A DNA stretch of 64,000 nt from an uncultured Campylobacterales bacterium (GCA_964560425.1 CAZLLE010000078.1:16303-80302); one strand, 5' to 3'. Positions 30,801 through 39,261 are shown, counted from the first letter of the stretch. Notes: a model not told the origin generated them from the letters alone. A program made the numbers and translations.

Positions 30801-30842
30801 GAGTTATGGCTATTGAAACTTACCCATAGTTATTTATATTAA
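27834..30842 (+). CDS. pelB: PelB-like TPR scaffold plus C-terminal outer-membrane beta-barrel, with an N-terminal SPOR-like module
   Basis: Signal peptide. About 600 aa of TPR-like repeats (for example AILSYQQALNLDPESIE and AYIYYTKAVQAEPDN). The C-terminal 300 aa has alternating beta-strand patterning and ends with an aromatic residue (...THSYLY). Confidence 0.7.
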   Translation: MQLVTIFILIFVTQLYATQSKDICYNIQISSFSSASLEDIKKLSFPKACKIIEKGGIYTIKCECDTEANIRKKLPYYQKNVPGAFVTKTEKKLFNQTLDTKREPTTQKVAQKMDKKRENPDKKEQKKRETLNELMYKVFIYNNDLKNAQKVALAALKRDPTNIMWRKYLADALSWSGKTKEAFKHYTYIYKKNRAKQNIKSKIEGYGSYDKYFMLLGKVYSNPKNQNSINKFIKEAEKLGNSKEAVIALDKLYNKTKSVPALKTSANLYLKLGFKKEAMRRFKILEKAKLLDIKTAMTLSRVFFEEKKFSDSLNVLLSVKHLATIKDREYWLLLVDIYSYLKKDEKAAKLLRVLCNNHECKKGDYDKLISFYSKKDKNFSLKIALKAFRQLKESSYFFSFTKMSLEKKDTDAVIKAIRSLTPKEEREYKKLPLFWLTMASLNNQLGLTKKAILSYQQALNLDPESIEILTQYSWYIMDKNSIPNLQNIVHKIEQRATDDKKLYILAAAINYKLNHIQKAYIYYTKAVQAEPDNVSLKLDYTNLLRVMREKEYADKITYNIYNLLQNQMKNRPNLLKEKEFLTNYLRASISFIPAQNYREVMKYAKTILDKEIYTNMDISWKLYTKDGDSVQYLSRKLKKTEVWLESYLTMRSNNIYAMRELLYKYGAILPLVDKISMELKTKQIGVARREIFEALEEIPQNQSLYRTKYDIDTQYGNKFNSEIGYEAQGDLKREYVKIENIHHLANKYYLGASFNYGKNHSDKIDLSNNMSEDSTAKLWLKMLMNNGYIEAGGGYSDKYTQYPQYFFNLYNKLTNKLSIKLEFEKSKNANETLDLRLKGKKDYSAMGIRYQFNQRLAFEAEASNSNYKWQKGDTLGNSQRYNIQMQQKIKFSYPDILFREYLTIANFNDKGIKELPDNYIEGGLGVQIGMGSLKRYSSSWRPYADLSTSYHDTFGLSFAGQFGVCGKFIGDDYLNLSLNYSRSAVDKNEELWLLKLTHSYLY

Positions 30843-30932
30843 ATTGGAAAATTAATTTTACTAAGTAATCTATTTTTTTGTTATTTTTTGTTATGGTGGA
30901 ACTTATAAAAATAATAAGGGTCTAGTTATAAA

Positions 30933-33596
30933 ATGAAAAATAAAAGTTTTTTATTATCAAAGTGTCTGTTAGCTACAACATTATTACTATCATCAAGTAA
31001 TCTTTTTTCGGATGTGGTAATTGATGGAGATGTAAGTGAATGGGAGATGTTGGAGCAGATTAATCTTCCTATCGACTTACCACCTTATCTCTATCATGGA
31101 GATAAAGTTTATGGAAAACATGTTACTTCACCACAAAATGCGTATGTTTTTGCAATCAAAACTACAGGTACACAGATAGGAGCAAATACAACATTTTGGC
31201 TCAATACTGACAATGATGTAAATACAGGATTTAAAGTATGGGGCAGTTATGGGGGAGCTGAGTTTTTTGTAAATATCAATAGTGGAGATAACTTGCCTTA
31301 TCTTTATGATAAAGATGGTGCATTTGTCACAGGTCCGCTAGAACATAGTTATAGTGCAAATGGCGATATTATTGAAATCGTAGTACCTGATTCTTATATA
31401 GGTGATCCTCAAAACGGTATTGGGGTAATTGGTGATATTAATGATCAAACTTTTTTCCCAGAAAATTATGCTCTAGGAGAGCTAAAAGTTTCAAATGAAG
31501 CTCTAAATCTACCTCCTCGTACAGATTTTAGTAAAAGAGTTGGTATTGTATATTCACAAACAAGCAAAAATTATTTTTATGATGCTACTCTACCAATTCA
31601 AAAGGCATATTCTCAACTATTCATGACAATGCAACATCATGCAATGATGGCAGGAGTACCATTTGACCTTTTAAATGAAGATGATCTTACAGATATCTCA
31701 AAATTGGTCAATTATGATGCACTAATATTTCCTGATTTTGCTTATGTACCAAGTGACAAATTAGATCAGATTCATCAAACACTATACTACGCAACTTACC
31801 ATTATGGCATAGGTATTATCACCGCTGGTGATTGGATGACAAATGGTTCTGATGGTAACTCTATTGATGGAGATGCTTATAGAAATATGAAACAGATGCT
31901 AGGAATCGGTCGTGTAACAGGAGAAGGACCTGTATCAATAGATCTAAAAGCATACGATGTTAACCATCCTGCAATGAAAGAGTATCAATCAAATGAGACA
32001 ATTTTTCAATATGCTGGAAATAGATGGTATAGCTATTTTGCACCTGCTAGTAGTGGTTCAGATGTACAACCTATCAATGTTTTGGCAAAGCAGACAGTAA
32101 CAGGTAATGCACCAGGTACTTATAATGCTGTTATCGCAGATCAAACAGGTGGACGAAATGTACACTTTAGTTCTCTTGAATTTATGGGTGATACTAATCT
32201 TTTATGGTCTGCTCTTCAATGGTCAGTTTTTGGAAATGATGATCCTGTAGCACTCAAAATGGGACGATACAATAATCTATTTGTATCTAGAAATGATATG
32301 GATCAATCTCAAGAGATAGATGAAGTTGTAGATAATGATGGTGCATTATTAAATCTACTACAAGATTGGAAAAGTCAATATAACTTTTTGGGTAGTTACT
32401 ATATCAATATAGGAAATAACCCACCAGATCAACAAACTGATTGGGCATATTCTGGACCACTATATCAACAATACATTGCATTAGGCAATGAAATAGGTAC
32501 ACACTCTTATACTCATCCACACAATACAAACGAGCTATCATCACAAGAGATAGAGTTTGAGTTTAACCAATCTATGAATATTATAGCATCTAAATTAAAT
32601 CCCACATGGAGAGGTCAAGATATTAGAGGTGGAGCAGTACCAGGTGCACCAGAGGGTGTAAATACGGCAAATAGTATTATTCAATATCTTGATTATTTGA
32701 CAGGTGGTTATTCTAGTGTTGGTGCTGGATACCCAGGTGCATTTGGATATCTTACACCAGATAGCAATAAAGTTTATTTGAGTCCAAATATGTCGTTTGA
32801 TTTTACTCTAATAGAGTTTGGTGTACCTGTATGGGATGAAGCTACTGGCAAATATGTACCACATCCATTAACTACAGCAGAAGCTGAACAATATTGGCAA
32901 GATGAGTATCATAGCTTAACAAAACATGCATCACAACCAATTATCCATTGGCCTTGGCATGATTATGGTCCAACGACTGGTGCAACATCAGGACTATATA
33001 GTGAATCTATGTTTACAAGTACTATAGCAACAGCAGCAGCAGATAATGCAGAGTTTTTGACAGGTATAGATTTAGCACAAAGAATTGAAACATTTAAGAG
33101 TACAAAAATAGATATCGGATATGGTACTGATACACTATATGTAAATGTTGATGCTCAAGAAGTGGGTAAATTTGCATTAGACCTACAAACAGATAAAAAG
33201 ATCAAAAGTATTGATAATTGGTATGCTTATAGCGATACAAAAATATTTTTGGATCAAGATGGTGGTGATTATGTTGTTCATCTTGGTACAAGTACCGATG
33301 CAAAAACACATATCACAAAATTGCCTATGCGTGCAAACCTTTTGACTCTAAATGGAAATGGAAGCAACTTAACATTTACTTTTGAAGGTGAAGGAAGTCT
33401 ATTTGTAGCTTTGGCTAAAAATCAAAACAAATATAATATTAGTGGTGCTGATAATATAAAAAAAGGAAGAAAAGCCAAAAAGTCAAAGAAAGATAAAAAG
33501 AAGAAAAAAAATAAAAAGAGTAAATCAACTACAAATATTGTAGAGTTAATCTTCTCAAACTATGATGTACATACAGTAACTATAGAAGAGAAATAG
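30933..33596 (+). CDS. Secreted PelA-deacetylase-like protein (CE4-type motifs) with extra N-terminal beta module and a lysine-rich insert
   Basis: Signal peptide. NodB-like motifs SRNDMD, GTHSYTHPH and IRGGAVPGAP. Last gene of the pel-like block, followed by a strong hairpin. Confidence 0.62.
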   Translation: MKNKSFLLSKCLLATTLLLSSSNLFSDVVIDGDVSEWEMLEQINLPIDLPPYLYHGDKVYGKHVTSPQNAYVFAIKTTGTQIGANTTFWLNTDNDVNTGFKVWGSYGGAEFFVNINSGDNLPYLYDKDGAFVTGPLEHSYSANGDIIEIVVPDSYIGDPQNGIGVIGDINDQTFFPENYALGELKVSNEALNLPPRTDFSKRVGIVYSQTSKNYFYDATLPIQKAYSQLFMTMQHHAMMAGVPFDLLNEDDLTDISKLVNYDALIFPDFAYVPSDKLDQIHQTLYYATYHYGIGIITAGDWMTNGSDGNSIDGDAYRNMKQMLGIGRVTGEGPVSIDLKAYDVNHPAMKEYQSNETIFQYAGNRWYSYFAPASSGSDVQPINVLAKQTVTGNAPGTYNAVIADQTGGRNVHFSSLEFMGDTNLLWSALQWSVFGNDDPVALKMGRYNNLFVSRNDMDQSQEIDEVVDNDGALLNLLQDWKSQYNFLGSYYINIGNNPPDQQTDWAYSGPLYQQYIALGNEIGTHSYTHPHNTNELSSQEIEFEFNQSMNIIASKLNPTWRGQDIRGGAVPGAPEGVNTANSIIQYLDYLTGGYSSVGAGYPGAFGYLTPDSNKVYLSPNMSFDFTLIEFGVPVWDEATGKYVPHPLTTAEAEQYWQDEYHSLTKHASQPIIHWPWHDYGPTTGATSGLYSESMFTSTIATAAADNAEFLTGIDLAQRIETFKSTKIDIGYGTDTLYVNVDAQEVGKFALDLQTDKKIKSIDNWYAYSDTKIFLDQDGGDYVVHLGTSTDAKTHITKLPMRANLLTLNGNGSNLTFTFEGEGSLFVALAKNQNKYNISGADNIKKGRKAKKSKKDKKKKKNKKSKSTTNIVELIFSNYDVHTVTIEEK

Positions 33597-33606
33597 AAAA
33601 ACTCCT

Positions 33607-33635
33607 AATGCTTCCAACTCTATGTTGGAAGCATT
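33607..33635. terminator. Bidirectional terminator hairpin between convergent genes
   Basis: AATGCTTCCAAC-tctat-GTTGGAAGCATT, perfect 12-bp stem. Confidence 0.75.
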
Positions 33636-33637
33636 CC

Positions 33638-36600
33638 CTAGTGAACTACTAAACTACTTGCCTCTTTGCTATAATCATAAATCCTACTATCATACATCGC
33701 TTCACAAAATGAAGCTGGTATTTGACACTCTCCCTTAGTAGTAACACGAAGTGGTACAAAAAAAGTAGTTAAACTATTTTTTGCTAAGTTTATAAAAGTC
33801 AATACCCTATCATCTCTAATATCTTGATATGAAGGATAGAAATTTTTACTATTTTGAACAGTAGTGGGACGAGTAGAAGAGAATAATCTCTCATTGACAA
33901 TTTCAAAACATGAAGGAGCTCTTTGAACAATAGCAATATTTTCTAATTTATCTCTATTTTTGAGCAATATTTTGGCATAAATCATATCTCCCAATTTAAA
34001 ACTATTAATATCCCTACCATTTTCATCTACAAATCTACTTTTGATATTGATTACTTTATTAAATGATCTATTTGTAGCATCTGTTTTTAAAGGTAAATAT
34101 CCTGAAGCTTCTATAGTATAGTTGAGCATTTTACCTTTTGGATCTATTACAATTGTATCAGAAATTAATTTTTCATATATTGTACTCTCTTTGGTTATCT
34201 CTTGAGTATTACTATTTAGAGTTAGTTTTAGATCAATTTTATCATCTTGATTATCTTTATAATACTCACCAATAGCACGAAGAGCAAAAGCTTTATCTTG
34301 TGTGGAGTATAAATATTTAAAATTTTTGGCAACTTTTTCAAGTAGATTAAATGCTATTTTATCTTTTCCAAAAGTTTTGAGATGAATAAAAAGGGCAAAA
34401 GATAAATTACGACTTTTTGAGTAGAAATTTCCACCAAGTAGATTTTTATCTTTCATCCTAGAGTAATCAAAATTTTGAATTTTTTTTGAAATATCCTCAA
34501 ATGCACTATTCAGATTAGCATTTTTCAAAATATAAGCCATCATGTAGAGTCCAACAATACCACCATCTTTATAAAAAGCATTATCATACATGCTATTTAT
34601 AATAGATTGATCTATTTTATTTTCAGATGAGAGCAAAAAAGAGGCATAAAGTCTATCAAAATATGAGTATCTATCCCTACCATGTTGAGCAATATCCATA
34701 AGAGCATTATATATATTATCTATTACATGAGAAGGAACATTAAACCCACCATTTTTCAAAGAGAGTAAAATATCAGATGCATATACAGAGGCATAAGGAT
34801 TTATCGTTCCATAAGGTTCCCAGTATGCAAAATCACCATTATCATATTGTAAATTGGCAAGTTTAGCTATTCCCTCATTGATAAACATCTCTCTATCTTT
34901 TAGAAGATTTTTACTATATAGTGAATTATCATTTTTAACAAATGAGTTTAGATATAAAAGAGCTAATAACCTAGAACTTGTCTGTTCGCTACAACCATAA
35001 GGATAGCCAATTAGATAATCTAAACTACCTTTTAATTGTGCTTTATATGTTTTTGAAAGATTAATTTTTACTTTTGTACCCTCTTTTGAAAAGTACTCCT
35101 TTGGTATTTTGATAGTAGTTTTTTTGGATATTTCACCTCTAAAAACTTTAGTTTGTAGAGAATTTGCACTATAAATAGGCAACTCTATAGAGTGATAAAA
35201 TATCTTATTATCTACTTTTGCATTAATTTTTAACTCACCTTTTCCCAAACTTTTAGCATATAGATCAACCTCAAAAACTTTTGAGCTATTTGCAGGTATT
35301 TTAATATTTTGTGGTAAATTTTTCAAAATTAATTGACTTGAGCTATTAAAATCCAAAAATGCTTCAATATCTTTTGAAGTGGTATTAAAAAACCGGACAG
35401 GAACTTTTAACTTATCACCAACCAAAGCAAATCTTGGATAAGTAGGTTTGAGTATAACATCATCACGAACAATCAAATCTCTCCATGAAGCACCAATATT
35501 ATCTTTATCAATAGCAATTGCCACTATTTTAGCCGAACCATTAAATGCAGGAATTTTGAGATCAACACTAGCAAACCCCTCATCATCACTCTTTATCAAT
35601 TTTGACCAATATAAAAATGGTTTAACTCTTTTGGCTGCATTTTCGGGAGAGAGATGTTTTTGGCTCATGAGCAGTTCATCACCACCATCTGCACCAAACT
35701 CCAACAGTTTACCTTTGGTTTGATAGTGCATTAACTCATCATATAGATCATAAAAAGCCACTTTTTGCATAGGAGTAAGAGTAAAAAAATCAAAAGGCGT
35801 TGGTACTTTTTGATCTATAATTTGTAAAATCCCCTCATCTACTAGGGAAATTAATAGATAAGATTTTTTATCACAACTAACCGATATAGTAATATCATCA
35901 TGAGAGTGAGAAATTTTTGGTGCTTCAATAGATAGATTAATCTTATGCTCTGTTCTATCTGATTGAATAAACTTCGATCCAAAAGCTCTAAATGGAACTA
36001 TAGCCGAAGCTTTATCAGATGATCGAACAATAGTAACACTCAAATATATACCATCTCTCATATCAAAATCAATAGGTATCTCTAGTGATGCACTCCCTTG
36101 TTTTATAGAAACAACTTTATGAAAATAGATTTTATCACTCTCAAGAGTAACCAAAGCACGACCTTTTATAATGGGAGATTTAAAGCTAACTTCTAAACTA
36201 TCCCCTTTTTGATATAAAATATCATCTACTTCTATCTGTACCTTTTCTATCTCATTAGTTGGAGCGATATTATCATACTCCCAACCACTTACAAAAAACT
36301 CTTGCGAAGCACTGTGCAAACCTTCATTATCATAGATTTCTAAAATATAGTTTCCACTAGCATCAACTATTTTATCTATAACCTCTCCAGCTTCTATATC
36401 AAATCTATCAACCTCTTCAATCTCTTTTTCCCACTTATAATAACCTCTAGCATCATAAAAGTAGTGCCATATCTGTTTTTTGATTACTGCTTGAAGAGTT
36501 CCTTGTTTTGTATCTCCACTTATAGGATCAATCAAAATAGTTTGAGCTTTTAGCTTCTCTCCTCTCTCCAAATTATCATTTGATATCTTTACTCCAACCA

Positions 36601-38356
36601 TAGAAGAGTATGGATAGATATCTACACTTTTATAAGATGAAACCTCCCTACCATCATCAAAAACACTCATTGTAATTTGAGCTTTTAAAATTGAAGGAAC
36701 TCTTTGATCTATTTTGGTGTCAAAGAAAAATTTTGCCTCTCCACTATTTGAGAGTTGAAAATCTTTTCGTATATCCAGATAATTTAGCTTGTTATCCTGA
36801 GCCAAAAGTATATTTGTAAAACTAAAACCCTTATAACGCTCATGAGTATAATCTTTGGAAAAAGCATTCAGTTTTGCCTCAACATTCAAATCAGACGCAG
36901 GAGCACCAAAAAGATAACTACTTTTCAAAGTCCCACTAATTGGTTCATTTTTTAAGAAAATCTCTTTATCAACAATAATTTTGTTTTTAATCTTTTGAGG
37001 CATAAATGTCTCTACAAGGAAGAGCTCAGAGCCAATAACTTTATCCCCTAACTTGACACTTATCTCATAAGTACCAGTTTTATACTCATGAGGAATATCT
37101 AAAACAATCTCTATTGCACCAACACTATTACATTTGTGTACCTTTTTATATATAGTTCTATAATCAGGTGATCTCACATCAACTCTTATAGGTATATTTT
37201 GAGCTGATTTATAATCTTTATCTTTTAATACAATTAAGATTTTTGCCTCTGAATCAGGACGAACAAGTCTACTTTGTAGATATATCCATGCTTTGTATCT
37301 ATTTTCTATAGAGTTTTTATTTGATATTAAAAACTCATTCAAAGAGTCATTAAGTGTTAAAAAGTTTTGATCATTTGAGGTTTTAACTACTATAGATTTA
37401 GGATGTTTACTAAATAGATCTTTTTTATTGATGATACAGATACCATTTTTGTCACTTTTCCCTGAAGCCAAAAAAACATTTTTATCAGAAAATATCTCTA
37501 CTTTTGCATTTTTGATAGATTTAGTAGAACTCAAAGATGCCAAAGAGATAAAAACTTGATCTTTTGATATCTTTGCACTAATCCCAATATCACTAAGATA
37601 TATAACTTTCTCTACAGATTTTTTACCAAATTTCATCACAACTCTAAAGATACCACTCTTATATTTATCAGTAAAAGATTTTAGAGAAAATTTATGTTTT
37701 ACAAACTCATTTTTTGTATTACTTAGAGTAACTATTTTTGAAAAAACCTCTACAGATGATTTATAGACCTTATCTCTATCACCTTCTTGAAAATTGATAA
37801 AATAGCGAAAATTATTATCTGGTACTTTTTCAATAGAGATATTTACCTCATCAAGATTAACACTCTCAAATCCAATCTCTCCAATAGAAGATAGATAGGG
37901 TCTATTATCCTCAAAATGTAATGCACTTTTTCTATCGCCCATGAGAATATCAAACGATATATCATCTCTAAGTTGATATTGATAACTATCTTTTAACCCT
38001 CTTTTTAGAGTAAGCCTATATTTTTGATTAGATTTAAAATCACCAATAACATCTATATAAGTTTCACTTTTATCATTTAAGTGTAATCTATCTCTTTCAC
38101 CATAATCTATATACTTACTATCTGTAAGAGAGAAGCGTTTAACTCCCTCTATTTTCATATAAGATTTAATTTTAGAATCTGAATAAAAATCACCACCAAA
38201 ATATATTCGTATACCTAACCTTCCATCATCAAAGCCCACAAAATGAGGCTGATCAAAAAAGACCATAGCTTTTCGCTTACTATCAAGTTTAAATGGATTT
38301 GCAAAAACAGAAGAGACCATAAAAAGCAGAAGTAGAGTTAGGATTTTTTTAAGCAT
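33638..38356 (-). CDS. Bacterial alpha-2-macroglobulin family protein (YfhM/ECAM-like) with thioester motif
   Basis: 1572 aa with repeated beta-sandwich (MG-like) regions. Thioester context GYPYGCSEQTSSRLLAL (CSEQ at nt 34982-34993). Signal peptide ends VFA-NP with no lipobox Cys. A PBP1C gene is nearby. Confidence 0.88.
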   Translation of the reverse strand: MLKKILTLLLLFMVSSVFANPFKLDSKRKAMVFFDQPHFVGFDDGRLGIRIYFGGDFYSDSKIKSYMKIEGVKRFSLTDSKYIDYGERDRLHLNDKSETYIDVIGDFKSNQKYRLTLKRGLKDSYQYQLRDDISFDILMGDRKSALHFEDNRPYLSSIGEIGFESVNLDEVNISIEKVPDNNFRYFINFQEGDRDKVYKSSVEVFSKIVTLSNTKNEFVKHKFSLKSFTDKYKSGIFRVVMKFGKKSVEKVIYLSDIGISAKISKDQVFISLASLSSTKSIKNAKVEIFSDKNVFLASGKSDKNGICIINKKDLFSKHPKSIVVKTSNDQNFLTLNDSLNEFLISNKNSIENRYKAWIYLQSRLVRPDSEAKILIVLKDKDYKSAQNIPIRVDVRSPDYRTIYKKVHKCNSVGAIEIVLDIPHEYKTGTYEISVKLGDKVIGSELFLVETFMPQKIKNKIIVDKEIFLKNEPISGTLKSSYLFGAPASDLNVEAKLNAFSKDYTHERYKGFSFTNILLAQDNKLNYLDIRKDFQLSNSGEAKFFFDTKIDQRVPSILKAQITMSVFDDGREVSSYKSVDIYPYSSMVGVKISNDNLERGEKLKAQTILIDPISGDTKQGTLQAVIKKQIWHYFYDARGYYKWEKEIEEVDRFDIEAGEVIDKIVDASGNYILEIYDNEGLHSASQEFFVSGWEYDNIAPTNEIEKVQIEVDDILYQKGDSLEVSFKSPIIKGRALVTLESDKIYFHKVVSIKQGSASLEIPIDFDMRDGIYLSVTIVRSSDKASAIVPFRAFGSKFIQSDRTEHKINLSIEAPKISHSHDDITISVSCDKKSYLLISLVDEGILQIIDQKVPTPFDFFTLTPMQKVAFYDLYDELMHYQTKGKLLEFGADGGDELLMSQKHLSPENAAKRVKPFLYWSKLIKSDDEGFASVDLKIPAFNGSAKIVAIAIDKDNIGASWRDLIVRDDVILKPTYPRFALVGDKLKVPVRFFNTTSKDIEAFLDFNSSSQLILKNLPQNIKIPANSSKVFEVDLYAKSLGKGELKINAKVDNKIFYHSIELPIYSANSLQTKVFRGEISKKTTIKIPKEYFSKEGTKVKINLSKTYKAQLKGSLDYLIGYPYGCSEQTSSRLLALLYLNSFVKNDNSLYSKNLLKDREMFINEGIAKLANLQYDNGDFAYWEPYGTINPYASVYASDILLSLKNGGFNVPSHVIDNIYNALMDIAQHGRDRYSYFDRLYASFLLSSENKIDQSIINSMYDNAFYKDGGIVGLYMMAYILKNANLNSAFEDISKKIQNFDYSRMKDKNLLGGNFYSKSRNLSFALFIHLKTFGKDKIAFNLLEKVAKNFKYLYSTQDKAFALRAIGEYYKDNQDDKIDLKLTLNSNTQEITKESTIYEKLISDTIVIDPKGKMLNYTIEASGYLPLKTDATNRSFNKVINIKSRFVDENGRDINSFKLGDMIYAKILLKNRDKLENIAIVQRAPSCFEIVNERLFSSTRPTTVQNSKNFYPSYQDIRDDRVLTFINLAKNSLTTFFVPLRVTTKGECQIPASFCEAMYDSRIYDYSKEASSLVVH

Positions 38357-38417
38357 AATTTTCCTTTAATTGCATTGTACCTTAAAAATAATAAGTAATT
38401 TTATTAGCAGCATATTT

Positions 38418-38446
38418 AAAGGTGTGGTGAGGACACCACAGCCTAC
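38418..38446 (+). repeat. REP element copy 1 (overlaps the RAYT stop codon)
   Basis: AAAGGTGTGGTGAGGACACCACAGCCTAC, a GC-rich imperfect palindrome in an AT-rich background. Confidence 0.85.
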
Positions 38447-38976
38447 TCAAATTCTACATCATGATTAAAGTCTCCCCATGAATCATCATACAATCCCATT
38501 TTGACAAATTTACCAAATGATGAATATTTCCAATCATTCGTCTCCAAAACCAATCCATGTTTTACTGGATTAAAATGGATATAATCAAACCTAATATTAA
38601 AATCTTTTTCATCCCTTATTGTATGTTCATAATATCTACTTTGCCAAATACCCGAATGTCCTCTTTTAATTTGAGAACTACTCAAACTCTTTTTTGCATG
38701 ATTTTTAAAATCTTTGTCCAAACCATATAAAAAACTTCTTTTGATATGTGAAATAATTTTGGGATACTCTTTTGCAATTTTAGGAGTAATAATCATATGA
38801 AAATGATCAGGTAAAATCACAACAGCTTCAATTTCATAATCATATTTTAATTTGCTAAGTGCAAAACTTTTTCGCAATAAATTTATATTATGGATCAAAA
38901 TTGGATTTCGATTATGTGTAACAATCGTCAAGAAACAACTATGATTCTCTTCAAATATCCGTGTGTAATTTGCCAT
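38443..38976 (-). CDS. REP-associated tyrosine transposase (RAYT, IS200/IS605 Y1-type HUH enzyme)
   Basis: HUH motif PDHFHMIIT, catalytic-Tyr region SGIWQSRYYEHTIRDE, and YIHFNPVKHGLV. Flanked on both sides by REP copies. Confidence 0.85.
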   Translation of the reverse strand: MANYTRIFEENHSCFLTIVTHNRNPILIHNINLLRKSFALSKLKYDYEIEAVVILPDHFHMIITPKIAKEYPKIISHIKRSFLYGLDKDFKNHAKKSLSSSQIKRGHSGIWQSRYYEHTIRDEKDFNIRFDYIHFNPVKHGLVLETNDWKYSSFGKFVKMGLYDDSWGDFNHDVEFE

Positions 38977-39017
38977 TTATAATTTTAGCATATTGTTTTG
39001 GTATTCATAATTTTTAT

Positions 39018-39053
39018 AAAGGTGTGGTCAGGAGACCACAGCCTACAAATTAC
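39018..39053 (+). repeat. REP element copy 2
   Basis: AAAGGTGTGGTCAGGAGACCACAGCCTACAAATTAC. Confidence 0.85.
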
Positions 39054-39126
39054 TTTTTGTTGATGTCACATAATAATTATTGGCATTATTATCAAAATCT
39101 TTTTTAATAACTGATTCTAATTCTGC

Positions 39127-39197
39127 TGAAGGTGTGGTCAGGAGACCACAGCCTACAAATTACAATATTCCGTAGGCTGTGGTCTCCCGACCACACC
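39127..39197. repeat. REP doublet in inverted orientation (REPIN-like)
   Basis: AAGGTGTGGTCAGGAGACCACAGCCTAC-aaattacaatattcc-GTAGGCTGTGGTCTCCCGACCACACCTT. The arms differ at one position. Confidence 0.85.
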
Positions 39198-39242
39198 TTT
39201 ATAAAATATGATTTTTAAAGATTTTTGATTATCCTGATGCTT

Positions 39243-39261
39243 ATGTAACCTAAAGTTACAT
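39243..39261 (-). terminator. Short hairpin downstream of pbpC
   Basis: ATGTAAC-ctaaa-GTTACAT, 32 nt past the pbpC stop. Confidence 0.4.

Noticed and set aside
38418-39197. The cluster of four 28-nt repeats could be mistaken for a mini-CRISPR array.
   Set aside because: Spacing is irregular (about 570, 70 and 8-15 nt). One copy is inverted, and the repeats are internally palindromic and flank a RAYT gene. No cas genes are present. These features are typical of REP/REPIN elements, not CRISPR.
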